The position numbers and the translations under genes were made by a program. The notes beneath the pieces were generated by a model. It was not told where the DNA came from and ran no database searches. It was given only the letters and a program-made list of their open reading frames with translations. A stretch of DNA of 64,000 nt from Acidobacteriota bacterium (lineage in GTDB: Bacteria; Acidobacteriota; Terriglobia; Terriglobales; Acidobacteriaceae), in the NCBI GenBank assembly GCA_021813745.1, contig JAKAJO010000069.1:14361-78360 (forward strand), given 5' to 3'. Below, one piece after another: positions 18,683-28,319 of the stretch. The number at the start of each line of letters is the position of its first letter. The first letter of the stretch is position 1.

Positions 18683-18714
18683 GCAGGTGGCTTCTGAATG
18701 AAGAAGCCACCTGC
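18683..18714. terminator. Perfect 13-bp hairpin between the convergent kinase and malic-enzyme genes
   Basis: GCAGGTGGCTTCT-gaatga-AGAAGCCACCTGC. There is no clear U-tract on either side. Confidence 0.55.
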
Positions 18715-18817
18715 CTTCGCGAGCGTGGGACTTGTGGAGGAGAGATACGCTTCCATACTCGGGCAAATCCGCGCTTTTAGGGCGCGACGACGCGAAAATA
18801 CCTCAGGTCATTTCCAA

Positions 18818-20527
18818 TCAGCGAATCCGCTCATAGGGTTGATAGACGGGTTCCCACACATAGGCGCGCAGCTTTTCACAAAGCGACGTGGGTTCATCGA
18901 TCTCCGCGATACCCTCTGCGATGGCCTGCCTGCCCACCGCCTCGGCTACGACGAGACTCACGTTACGCGATTCCGCGATGGGTGGCAGAAGTGGTGCGTC
19001 ACTCCCCTGCGAAGCTGGCGAAAGCCCGGCAAGCGCTTTGGCGGCAGCCATCATCATGGCATCTGTGACACGCCGCGCGCGGCTGACGAGAATTCCAAGC
19101 GCAAGGCCAGGGAAAATGTAGGAGTTATTCACCTGCGTGATGGGAATGACACGCTGATCCATCTCAACCGCCGGAAAGGGACTGCCCGTTCCGATGATTG
19201 CGCGCCCCTCCGTCCATCGCAACAGATCGGCGGGAATTGCCTCCGACTTTGAGGTTGGATTCGACAAAGGAAAAATGATGGGGCGTCGGGTCTTTGCCGC
19301 CATGATACGCACGATCTCCTCAGTAAATGCTCCTGCCTGCGCTGAAACGCCAACGAGGACGGAGATGGGCGCATTGCGGATGACGTCGAGGAGGGAGATA
19401 TCTTGTGCCCCTGAGAGTCTCCAGCTTTCAATTTCTGCGCGTTTGCGGAGTAAGGCGGCCTGACCGATGCGAATGCCGCGACAGCCTTCCACGAGGAGGC
19501 CATAGCGATTGAAGGCATAGAACCGGCTCCGCGCCTGCTCTTCAGACAGACCTTCTTCGCGCATGGCGCTTACGAGAAGGTCAATAATGCCGATGCCTGC
19601 GGAACCTGAACCAAACATGGCGATGGTTTGATCTTTCAAAGGCACGCCGGTGGCACGCATGGCGGCAAGCAGCGTTGCCGTTGTGACGGCAGCGGTCCCC
19701 TGAATGTCGTCATTGAATGTGCAGAGGCGATTCCTGTAACGATCCAGAAGATTCAAGGCGTTTTCGCCCGCGAAGTCCTCCCATTGCAGCAGAATGTGCG
19801 GCCAGCGTTTATGCACCGCGGTAACAAAGGCCTCAACGAAGGCATCGTATTCCGGGCCACGGATCCGCTTATGCTGCCAACCCACATAGATCGGGTTGTT
19901 GAGCAGAGCCTCATTGTCTGTGCCCGCATCGAGCAGGATGGGCAGGCAGTGTTCGGGAGGAATACCGCCAAGAGCCGTGTAGAGTGCCATCTTCCCGATG
20001 GGAATGCCCATACCTCCAGCACCTTGGTCACCAAGACCCAGAATTCTCTCTCCGTCACTCACGACGATACAGCGAATGTCATCGTAGTCCGGATCGGAAA
20101 GGATCTGTTCGATGCGGTGCTGGTTGGGATAGCTGATGAAGAGGCCACGCGTCCGATGCCAGATTTCACTGAAGCGCTGGCAGCCTTCACCCACGGAGGG
20201 CGTATAGACGATCGGAAGCAGTTCTTCGATGTGGTGGGCGATAAGGGAGTAAAAGACCGTCTCCGTCGTATCCTGGAGATCGCGCATAAACGCGTATTTG
20301 GCAAAGGCATTGGGTTGGGCGTCAAGGGCCTTTTTGCGGCGCTCGCGCTGTTCGTCGATTGTGCCGACATGGGGTGGCAGAAGACCGTGCAGTGCAAAGG
20401 CATCCCGCTCTGCCTCGGTAAATGCGGTTCCCTTATTCAGTCGAGGATTCAGCAGGAGGTTGCGGCCATGCAACTGCGTGCGGAAGACGGCCGGTGCCTC
20501 CTGTTCTGTCATGATGGCTGTGCTCAT
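18818..20527 (-). CDS. NAD-dependent malic enzyme
   Basis: ATG 20527 is preceded by AAGGAG with a 9-nt spacer. Motifs 'NKGTAFTEAER', 'FNDDIQGTAAV' and 'GSGSAGIGI'. 569 aa. Confidence 0.9.
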   Translation of the reverse strand: MSTAIMTEQEAPAVFRTQLHGRNLLLNPRLNKGTAFTEAERDAFALHGLLPPHVGTIDEQRERRKKALDAQPNAFAKYAFMRDLQDTTETVFYSLIAHHIEELLPIVYTPSVGEGCQRFSEIWHRTRGLFISYPNQHRIEQILSDPDYDDIRCIVVSDGERILGLGDQGAGGMGIPIGKMALYTALGGIPPEHCLPILLDAGTDNEALLNNPIYVGWQHKRIRGPEYDAFVEAFVTAVHKRWPHILLQWEDFAGENALNLLDRYRNRLCTFNDDIQGTAAVTTATLLAAMRATGVPLKDQTIAMFGSGSAGIGIIDLLVSAMREEGLSEEQARSRFYAFNRYGLLVEGCRGIRIGQAALLRKRAEIESWRLSGAQDISLLDVIRNAPISVLVGVSAQAGAFTEEIVRIMAAKTRRPIIFPLSNPTSKSEAIPADLLRWTEGRAIIGTGSPFPAVEMDQRVIPITQVNNSYIFPGLALGILVSRARRVTDAMMMAAAKALAGLSPASQGSDAPLLPPIAESRNVSLVVAEAVGRQAIAEGIAEIDEPTSLCEKLRAYVWEPVYQPYERIR

Positions 20528-20670
20528 ATGGATGTGCTCCTTGGACATCCCTCCCGAAACAGACCGTTTCGAGAGAATCTCCATCAAAGCACACCGGAAC
20601 CCGTCCCTACCATGGTCTGCATCACATTGATGGTAAGTCAGACCTGAAAGGAACAAGAAGGCAATTTGGA

Positions 20671-22854
20671 CTAACGCTCCTCAATGATCGCCAGATCCCA
20701 GGGACCAAGAGAGAGAGTCTGACCCTGACTGACCGATTTTCCATCCAGAAGGCTGTTGCCCGCGCCATGGGTGTACACGGCCTGCACTTCAGATCCGGAG
20801 TAGTTGAAGTAATAATGCAGGCTTTTCCCCAGGCGGTTGATCCCTGACTGTATGTGAACGGCTGAGGGAAGTTGCTGATCCTGACCGAAGAGGCCTGCTT
20901 CCTGGAGAACCTTTTTTAAAACAGCAGTTTGCAGCCCATTCGACAGGTAAGTCCCCTCGTAAAGAAGTGTGCCAGAGCCAAACTGGTTTTCAGTGATGGC
21001 GGGCCATTTCCCAAAGAAGGGATGATCGTAGTAGGCAAGAGCCCTGGCGTGCTCCGGCATCAGGAACTCGGCCCAATACGATACCTGATTTGCGCTGCCC
21101 ACATGGAAAGGGTCGTCCTTTAGGGCGAGCGGATGTTCAAGATTGGAAAACTCCTGATAGCTGAATCCAGCGGCCTCGCGCAAGGGGCCGGGCGCGCGTT
21201 CCCAGCGCACTGCGGAGTTCTCATTGGCAAACCCGCTCTTGAAAGTCATCACGACATGGCCACCGTTTTTGACGTAGTCGGCGATGCGCTGAAGCAGTGC
21301 GTCATCCGAAATGTAGAGTGCGGGGACGATCAGCACCTTGTAGGCAGAAAAATCCGTGGTCTCCGGAAAGACAAAATCTGAGCCTACATTGAGGTCATAG
21401 AGCGAATGGTGCAGTTGCTGGACCAGGGAATCGTAGCCTTCAGGCTCATGTGTCCAACTCCAGGCTGGGACCGGTCCGCCGTAGGGCATAAAGTCGATGG
21501 CATTCGCCGAGTCGCGGCTCCAGAGGATGGCGACTTGATTGTGAATCTGCAGGCCGACTAGATGGGGGCCGATCTTTTGCAATTCATGCGCGGTACGACT
21601 CACTTCAGCATATGCGCGATTGGGCTCCAGATCATGCGAGAGAACGCCCTTCCAGTAGGTCTCCTGATTTGCCGCGATGGAGGCCCAGTGCCAGTACTCC
21701 ACCATGTTGGCGCCATTGGAAAGATGCGTGTAGACATCTTCCCGCATCTGGCCGTCATAGGGTGGATACTGGCTGCGCGAATCCCACCCGATGGTTTGGG
21801 CATTGGTTTCAGTGATGAGGAAATTGCTGTGCTTCAACGAGCGGGTGAAGTCCTCCTGCAGGGATTGCAACGATCCGTCGTAATGATCCTGCGTCGAGTG
21901 ATAAACATTGTCAGCCGGAATGTCGAGGAAAGCTGCGATGGCTTCTTCATTCACATCGTGGCGCATCATGCCACCATAGTCCGTCGTTACGAACTGGCCG
22001 GGGCCCGCGCAGGCCCGCACTAATTCGGCCTGCCACTGGAGGAAGTTGGTCACCCGCATTTGGCTCCAGCGGGTCCACTCCAGCTTGTAACCCGTGCTCT
22101 GGGCTCCATCTCGCTGCGGCAGATCTTCCCATGTATGGATGTTCTCTCCCCAGTAATTGAGAAACCAGGCTTTACTCAATTCCTCCGGAGTACCGAATTT
22201 CTTTTCGAGATAATGCTGGAAGCCAATGAAGACATCTCGATTGTCGGCGTCATAACTTGACGTTTCGTTATCGAGTTGCCAGCCGATGACGGTGGAGTTG
22301 TCTTTGTAATGTGCGACGATGTGTCGGATGAGTCGTTCGGCATAAAATCGGTAGGCCGGAGAGTCGGTGTCCATGTTCTGGCGCATGCCGTACGTGTTTT
22401 GCAGCGGAGGTCCACCGTGCATGTCGGGATTCATTCTTTGAGCCAGAATCTCAGGATGCTCATGGGCCATCCACGCGGGAATGGAGTATGTGGGAGTGCC
22501 GAGGATGACTTTGATACCGGCTTTCCCCATGGCGTCAACGATCCGGTCCATCCATGCGTAATCAAACTGCCCGTCAGCGGGTTCCCACAGGCTCCAAGTC
22601 GACTCGCCCATACGAACGACGTTCAGTCCGGCCGCCTTCATCAGTTCGACGTCTTTTGCGAGTCGTTCCTGTTGATTGCCGGGCATGTACTCGTTGTAGT
22701 AAGCCGTGCCATAGAGCACGGTGGGGAAGTCCAGAGTGGCGCGGACGGCCGCTTCGCGATCACTCTGCGCTGAGGGCTGCGCGGCACAGGTGGCGAATTC
22801 CATAATCGACAGAATGACGAGAAGGGCTGGAAAGCGTTTGCTGAAGACTGGCAT
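20671..22854 (-). CDS. Glycoside hydrolase family 42 beta-galactosidase with an N-terminal signal-like sequence
   Basis: 'VRMGESTWSLWEP', acid/base 'GWQLDNE', nucleophile 'FLITETNAQ'. The N-terminus reads 'FPALLVILSIMEFATCAAQP'. Confidence 0.8.
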   Translation of the reverse strand: MPVFSKRFPALLVILSIMEFATCAAQPSAQSDREAAVRATLDFPTVLYGTAYYNEYMPGNQQERLAKDVELMKAAGLNVVRMGESTWSLWEPADGQFDYAWMDRIVDAMGKAGIKVILGTPTYSIPAWMAHEHPEILAQRMNPDMHGGPPLQNTYGMRQNMDTDSPAYRFYAERLIRHIVAHYKDNSTVIGWQLDNETSSYDADNRDVFIGFQHYLEKKFGTPEELSKAWFLNYWGENIHTWEDLPQRDGAQSTGYKLEWTRWSQMRVTNFLQWQAELVRACAGPGQFVTTDYGGMMRHDVNEEAIAAFLDIPADNVYHSTQDHYDGSLQSLQEDFTRSLKHSNFLITETNAQTIGWDSRSQYPPYDGQMREDVYTHLSNGANMVEYWHWASIAANQETYWKGVLSHDLEPNRAYAEVSRTAHELQKIGPHLVGLQIHNQVAILWSRDSANAIDFMPYGGPVPAWSWTHEPEGYDSLVQQLHHSLYDLNVGSDFVFPETTDFSAYKVLIVPALYISDDALLQRIADYVKNGGHVVMTFKSGFANENSAVRWERAPGPLREAAGFSYQEFSNLEHPLALKDDPFHVGSANQVSYWAEFLMPEHARALAYYDHPFFGKWPAITENQFGSGTLLYEGTYLSNGLQTAVLKKVLQEAGLFGQDQQLPSAVHIQSGINRLGKSLHYYFNYSGSEVQAVYTHGAGNSLLDGKSVSQGQTLSLGPWDLAIIEER

Positions 22855-22914
22855 GCATTTCCCTTTCGGATTGCACAGGAGGTGACCTGCTCTAGAAAGC
22901 CAATGAAAACACGT

Positions 22915-24033
22915 TTATTCGAATGTAAGCAAGACGACCTCGGAATGCGTGCCTACGCGCATGGGTGGCCCCCACGTGCCACATCCGCTGGAGGTGTAAA
23001 CCTGAAGCTGCCCGTGCCTCTGGAGCCCATAGGTGTAGCGGCCAAAAGCGCGATGTGTCACCCAACTAAAGGGGAATATCTGGCCCCCGTGGGTGTGTCC
23101 GCTCAGTTGGAGGCTCACGCCCGCTTCTTCAATGATGGAGAGCCGGTTGGGCACGTGCTGGAGCAGGACCGATGCTGAGCCATTGAGGTGGAGATTCTCG
23201 AGAAAGGCTTGAAGGTGGACCGGGCGCGTGGATTGGCGATAGGAGATGCCGATGACTGCAAGGCCGTCTACATGGACCATTTCTTCATCAAGAACATGAA
23301 AGCCTCCGCCTTGCAGTGCCTTCGCGCATCGTAAAGAGCCGGCAAACTCGTCGTGATTGCCCATTACGCAATAAGTGCCGAGAGGGGGATTGAGAGCGAA
23401 GAGCGGCTTCGCGAGCATTCCAGGATCGGTTTCCCCGCCATCGAAGACATCGCCAGGCAGAAAGACGATGGAAGGATTCATTTGACGTGCGATGGATGCG
23501 ATGCGACGGGCAAATCGTTGCCGGTTAATGTTGCCCAGGTGAAGATCGCTCACGACCAGAGCTGTGCGTCCCTTCCAATGGGAAGGGAGGTTTGGCAGGT
23601 GGATGGTGAGGCGTCGATGCCGGATCCGCCGAGCATTGATAAGGCCATAGATGCTGACGGCAATGGCCACAGCGTCCAAGCTCGCAATGAGCACGGGACG
23701 AACCTGATGCAGAGTCGCAGGAGCGAGCGTCAGAATCAATATGGGATCCGCAAGCCATGCGAGGCAGGCGGCAAAGAAAAGGAAATTCAAGATGCCAAGC
23801 CAGATGGCTGCGATCCAATAGAGGGCATTGACCAGCCTGTTCGCGAATCGAAAGCTCAGAAGCGCGGCGACCACAAAGGTTGAGGAGAGCACCAGCAGCG
23901 CGGCACGAAGGCTCTCAAGCTGTCCTGAACTGAGTGTCCACCAGAAATGAGTCCAGGTCAGGTAGAGAAACCAGTGCGCGAGGGATAAGAAAATCTGGAC
24001 CGTGAGGATGCCTAATACTGGCCACGCTTTCAA
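22915..24033 (-). CDS. Membrane-anchored metallophosphoesterase (calcineurin-like)
   Basis: Four N-terminal TM helices are followed by the motifs 'VVSDLHLG', 'GDVFDG', 'GNHDE' and 'GHTHGG'. Confidence 0.8.
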   Translation of the reverse strand: MKAWPVLGILTVQIFLSLAHWFLYLTWTHFWWTLSSGQLESLRAALLVLSSTFVVAALLSFRFANRLVNALYWIAAIWLGILNFLFFAACLAWLADPILILTLAPATLHQVRPVLIASLDAVAIAVSIYGLINARRIRHRRLTIHLPNLPSHWKGRTALVVSDLHLGNINRQRFARRIASIARQMNPSIVFLPGDVFDGGETDPGMLAKPLFALNPPLGTYCVMGNHDEFAGSLRCAKALQGGGFHVLDEEMVHVDGLAVIGISYRQSTRPVHLQAFLENLHLNGSASVLLQHVPNRLSIIEEAGVSLQLSGHTHGGQIFPFSWVTHRAFGRYTYGLQRHGQLQVYTSSGCGTWGPPMRVGTHSEVVLLTFE

Positions 24034-24118
24034 GCCGAATCTCCTCAGTCTATTCTGGCACGCGTGGCGCGGGTCCGTCGTTAAGCCCAGGGTTCAATTT
24101 GCGTGAAACAATGGAGGT

Positions 24119-25345
24119 ATGCATGCTTTGGGAACCGACGCAATGGGGCTCTACATCTCAGTCCCGTTCTGCCGGTCAAAATGCACCTACTGCAACTTTG
24201 CATCCGGCGTTTATCCCTCGAGCGAGCATGCCCGCTATGTAGAAAGACTGGTGCAGGAGATGAAAGCTACACCAGCCTGGGCGGAAGGCGTTGGTGTACA
24301 TCTGCCGCGTGTGGTGGATACGGTATACCTCGGCGGCGGAACGCCGAGCTTGCTGGAGCCACAGTGGTTTGATCGCCTGTTTGATGCTATACGCCAACAA
24401 TTTTGTTTGGCTCCTGCGGCTGAGATCACGGTGGAATGCGCGCCTGGTCAATTGTCGGATGCGACCCTGGCGGCAATGGTTGCGGCGGGCGTGAATCGGG
24501 TGAGCCTGGGTGTGCAATCGCTCGTCGACCGGGAAGCTCAGGTGAGCGGACGGCTTCACACGCGTGCCATCGTGCTCAAGGATCTGGATCGACTTCGTAG
24601 TGCGGGTATTCACAGCCTGAATCTAGACCTCATCGCAGGCCTTGCAGGGCAAACGGCCGCGAGCTGGGACGAATCCCTGGCCGCTTTGCTCGAGACAGGC
24701 ATACCCCATGCCAGTATCTACATGCTTGAGGTGGATGAAGACTCGCGCCTGGGCCGGGAACTGCTATCAGGCGGCGGACGATACTTTGCCGAACTTGTGC
24801 CCACCGACGATGCAATTGCGCAAATGTATGAAACGGCCTTGGAGCGGCTGGAAGATGCAGGGCTGCGGCAGTATGAAATCTCAAATTTTGCGCGGCCGGG
24901 TTACACTTCGCAGCACAATCTGCGCTACTGGCAGCGACGCCCTTATCTCGGCCTTGGACTGGATGCGTCGTCCGCGCTTTATGCAAGGCAACAGAACGAT
25001 GCCGGGACGTTAAACTCGGCTCTTCCTTACCTGCTGCGAACCAAAACCACAGAGGACTTGAAAGACTATCTGGGAGGGAGCGAACTGGCGGAGTTTACCT
25101 GGCTTTCGGTTGAGCGCCAGATGGAGGAAGCGTGGTTTTTGGGACTGCGGCTGACGGAGGGGGTCGACGTTGATGTTCTACGCCGTCAGTTCGGGCCGGA
25201 ACTCATGGCGAAGACCCTGATACGTGTGGATCCCCTTGTGGCGCAGGGCCTGCTGGAATCAGACGGCCAGAGAGTGCGGCTGAGCCGGCGTGGACGACTT
25301 CTTTCCAATGAGGTCTTTCAGGAGTTTCTCTTCGACCCGGCATGA
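24119..25345 (+). CDS. hemW: Radical SAM heme chaperone HemW (HemN-like)
   Basis: 'FCRSKCTYCNF' carries the CxxxCxxC motif. HemN-like C-terminal domain. 408 aa. Confidence 0.85.
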   Translation: MHALGTDAMGLYISVPFCRSKCTYCNFASGVYPSSEHARYVERLVQEMKATPAWAEGVGVHLPRVVDTVYLGGGTPSLLEPQWFDRLFDAIRQQFCLAPAAEITVECAPGQLSDATLAAMVAAGVNRVSLGVQSLVDREAQVSGRLHTRAIVLKDLDRLRSAGIHSLNLDLIAGLAGQTAASWDESLAALLETGIPHASIYMLEVDEDSRLGRELLSGGGRYFAELVPTDDAIAQMYETALERLEDAGLRQYEISNFARPGYTSQHNLRYWQRRPYLGLGLDASSALYARQQNDAGTLNSALPYLLRTKTTEDLKDYLGGSELAEFTWLSVERQMEEAWFLGLRLTEGVDVDVLRRQFGPELMAKTLIRVDPLVAQGLLESDGQRVRLSRRGRLLSNEVFQEFLFDPA

Positions 25346-25398
25346 AGGTCTCATCAACCGCTTTGCTTCTACCAGAGCGTCGGCAGATCAGCTGGATT

Positions 25399-26388
25399 TT
25401 ACCAGGCGAGAAACTCATCTCCAGCATTCGATGAAAGAAATGCGATGGGCCCGGCTAGTGGCTGGCGCGACACGCCCGCGCAATGAATCGACTCGGGTCC
25501 GGCATGCCGCGCGTGTTGCAGTGCGGCTTCGGCCTCGCGCAGGACTACGACCGGTGATCGGCCGTCACTTCCGGCAATTCCAAAGCAGGCAGAGAGTCGA
25601 ATCAATGCGCCAGCAACATGAAAGGGAGTCGAGAAAGCCTCTTTACGGAGTCTTTCTGCGAGTTTCACCGCGTAGTTCTGGTCACAGCCCGGCAAAGCGA
25701 CCAGGAACTCATCATTTCCGGCACGGCCCAGCAAATCATAGCTGCGCAGCTGACGCGAGATGCGTTCCGCAGTCTGACACAGCAGATCGTCACACGCCTC
25801 GTGTCCCAAGCGGCCATTCCAGTGGCCAAAGTCATCCAGATCGAAAAGCAGGAGTGTCATTGGAATCTTAAGGCGCTGCACGCGGTCCGTTTCGCGGAAG
25901 AGCATCGACAAGAGGGTTGAGCGGTTGTATAGACCGGTCAGCGGATCTCGTTGTGCGTTGAGTGCAGCGGCTTCGCGGAGAATCTCCAGCTGGCGCATGC
26001 GATGAAAGCTGCGGAGGATGCCGTCAAGGCGAATGCGAAAATGGGGCATCTGAGGACTGCGAGGAATCAAATCATCGAGCGTGCCCGTCGCCAGCCAATC
26101 GTGCCATTCGGGAGACTCATCATCGGCCAACATCACCAGTGCAAGCAAGTGCCCACTCGAAGAGCGACGGACTGCATCAAGCAGGTCTCCTGGCTTCATG
26201 CCGGGAAGCAGCGCGTCCAGAAGTCCGAGCGATGGTGGCAGTGGGCCGGACAGTGCGGCCAGTGCAGCCTCTGCGGAAAGCACGATCTGTGCACGCAGCC
26301 CGGCAGCCGCGACGAGCGGCTCAAAGCAAGCCAGCAGGGCAGGGTCGTTTGATGCAAGCAATACGATGGGGCCGCTGTTGAGCGACAT
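25399..26388 (-). CDS. Receiver-like domain plus GGDEF-domain protein with the motif variant GNDEF
   Basis: ATG 26388 is preceded by GGAGGTGG. Motifs 'RDPLTGLYNR' and 'FDLDDFGHWNGRLGHEACD'. 'RSYD' lies five residues before 'GNDEF'. Confidence 0.8.
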   Translation of the reverse strand: MSLNSGPIVLLASNDPALLACFEPLVAAAGLRAQIVLSAEAALAALSGPLPPSLGLLDALLPGMKPGDLLDAVRRSSSGHLLALVMLADDESPEWHDWLATGTLDDLIPRSPQMPHFRIRLDGILRSFHRMRQLEILREAAALNAQRDPLTGLYNRSTLLSMLFRETDRVQRLKIPMTLLLFDLDDFGHWNGRLGHEACDDLLCQTAERISRQLRSYDLLGRAGNDEFLVALPGCDQNYAVKLAERLRKEAFSTPFHVAGALIRLSACFGIAGSDGRSPVVVLREAEAALQHARHAGPESIHCAGVSRQPLAGPIAFLSSNAGDEFLAW

Positions 26389-26568
26389 CTCGCCACCTCC
26401 GCCACGGATTGCATCGGCAAGATCGAGACAAAGATGAGAGGAATCTGAGAGGGGGAGCGCAACAATCGACTTCGGGCGGAGCATTGCACGGTCCGGGAAC
26501 ACGTGCAGGTGTTGACCAGAAAATGGAGCTGCTGAAGCAGCTCCATTGCAGGGCAGATCGTTTGCGGA

Positions 26569-27441
26569 TCAGTCCACGAAGTCGACCTTTGGCGCGATAG
26601 GAATCACGCCACGTTGGTAGCCAAGCTCCAGGAGCTGGCGAATCGCCTCACGGCCATCGCTGCCGTAGTCCAGGGTGCGCTCATTCACGTACATGCTTAC
26701 GAACCGGTTCGCGAGAGAAGTGTCCAGATCCCGGGCAAACTGCATGGCGTATTCGAGCGCTTGCTCGCGATGATCGAGCGCGTGCTGGATGCTGTCGCGA
26801 AGGGCCTTGGAGATGATCTTGTGCTTCTCAGGACCAAGGGAGCGGCGAATGGCGTTGCCGCCCAAAGGAAGCACGAGACCCGTGGTTTCGCGCCACCAGA
26901 CACCCAGATCGATGATCTTTGAGAGTCCATTCGAAGAGTAGGTCAACTGTCCCTCGTGGATGATGAGACCCGCCTCGTATTTACCGGCGAGGATTGAGGG
27001 AATGATCTGGTCGAACGGGACTGTTTCTGTCTCGACCTGCGGGTTGAAAACCTTGAGTGCCAGATATGCCGTCGTCAGTTCACCAGGCACCGCAACCTTA
27101 ATGCGTCCCAATTCTTCCGGTGAGAATGCGCGGCTGGCCACCACCATGGGGCCGTACCCTTCACCGACGCTTCCGCCGCAGCCCATGAGTGTGTAGTTCT
27201 CCTGCACGTATGGGTAAGCATGAAAGCTGATGGCTGTCACGTCATAAAAGGCTTCCGTCCGGGCCCGTCGGTTCAGCGTTTCAATGTCGCAGAGAGTATG
27301 GGAAAAGCGATACCCCGGGACGCGAATCTTGTTCGTCGCAAGACCATAGAACATGAAAGCGTCATCTGAGTCAGGACTGTGGGCGATGTTGATGTCAATC
27401 AGGTCTTGCGTACCGGCAACTTCAGCAATCGTGCGATTCAC
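26569..27441 (-). CDS. MqnA/MqnD/SBP-fold family protein (related to futalosine-pathway menaquinone biosynthesis)
   Basis: Start GTG 27441. 'IAHSPDSDDAFMFYGL' and the overall binding-protein-like pattern fit the family. Confidence 0.7.
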   Translation of the reverse strand: MNRTIAEVAGTQDLIDINIAHSPDSDDAFMFYGLATNKIRVPGYRFSHTLCDIETLNRRARTEAFYDVTAISFHAYPYVQENYTLMGCGGSVGEGYGPMVVASRAFSPEELGRIKVAVPGELTTAYLALKVFNPQVETETVPFDQIIPSILAGKYEAGLIIHEGQLTYSSNGLSKIIDLGVWWRETTGLVLPLGGNAIRRSLGPEKHKIISKALRDSIQHALDHREQALEYAMQFARDLDTSLANRFVSMYVNERTLDYGSDGREAIRQLLELGYQRGVIPIAPKVDFVD

Positions 27442-27599
27442 GGAATGTACGACTTCCTTTCGGCAGTCAGGAAGCTTCGTGGCTTCCTGTTTGGTCTAGA
27501 AGGTTGGATGCATCGGGCAGACGGTTTGGTTTCGCGAGTGGTGTGACCTCAACCGGAGGCAAACTCCACCTCTCAGCTCGATCACTCATTCAATTCTTC

Positions 27600-27773
27600 C
27601 TAATATTCAGATTCTGAATCGGTTCGCTTGGCGGCCGGAAGCAAATCCATGGTCCCGACCGGCACTTCCTCCCCGTGCGTTCCGCGGTGCCGCCAGATAT
27701 GACGCGCCATTCCGGCGGCCGCAAGAAGCAGCGCACCCAGCGAAGCGAGCATTGCAATCATTAACCAGCGCAT
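27600..27773 (-). CDS. Possible 57-aa single-TM protein (below the ORF-track cutoff)
   Basis: Reads MRWLMIAMLASLGALLLAAAGMARHIWRHRGTHGEEVPVG.... It is on the same strand as the flanking cutA and mqn-like genes. No SD was seen. Confidence 0.3.
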   Translation of the reverse strand: MRWLMIAMLASLGALLLAAAGMARHIWRHRGTHGEEVPVGTMDLLPAAKRTDSESEY

Positions 27774-27839
27774 CACACAAAAATCCAGAATATCAGATGG
27801 GCAGGCTTATCCGGGCCACCCCGTGGCCGTGGATGCCCT

Positions 27840-28142
27840 CTAAGTATGCTTGAAGGCTTCGATCATCCACTCGAGATAACCCGAGCTGCCTGCCTCAATC
27901 TGAAGCACCAGAAGCTCGGGTGTTTGGTACCCATGGAGAGATTGAATTCTTGATTCGAGGCTTGGAAGCAGCTCAGCAAGGGTCTTGATGAGAATTAAGG
28001 TTTCCTGTGCGGATTCAACTTCGCCTTGCCATCGATATGTGGAGAGTGCGCCGGGGAGGCAGGTGGCGCAAGCGGCAAGTCGCTCATCCACGAGAGTGCG
28101 GGCGAGTTGCTGGGCCTCCTCCCAACTTGAGGTGGTAGTCAT
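27840..28142 (-). CDS. cutA: Divalent-cation tolerance protein CutA
   Basis: Start ATG 28142. 'LAACATCLPGALSTYRWQGEVE'. About 100 aa. Confidence 0.85.
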   Translation of the reverse strand: MTTTSSWEEAQQLARTLVDERLAACATCLPGALSTYRWQGEVESAQETLILIKTLAELLPSLESRIQSLHGYQTPELLVLQIEAGSSGYLEWMIEAFKHT

Positions 28143-28319
28143 GACGACGCGTGCCTGAGAACCAGCTTGGAGCATGGCTTTCTTTCAGCCGACAGTGTAA
28201 CGCCTGGGATTCCCGGAGGAAACAATCCCGGCATTTCTTCCAGTGCCTGCTTGCCGAGTCCGATTGGGTGAGGCAGTATGGACTTTACGGCCTTCAGACC
28301 AAAGCAATGGAGTAAAAGG

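Noticed and set aside
18683-18714. A perfect 13-bp inverted repeat, considered as a possible protein-binding palindrome or mobile-element end.
   Set aside because: It is a single copy lying between two convergent stop codons with no partner repeat in the window. A transcription-terminator hairpin is the simplest reading.
19628-20647. A 339-aa ORF antisense to the malic-enzyme gene. The same situation occurs at 28602..29426 (antisense to phosphohexomutase), 54894..55643 (NarL regulator), 61154..61798 (dehydratase), 30632..31273 (porin) and 12666..13418 (MFS transporter).
   Set aside because: All lie fully inside strongly supported genes on the other strand. Their composition is low-complexity and Arg/His/Gly-rich, they have no SD or motifs, and they fit the typical GC-rich shadow-ORF pattern.
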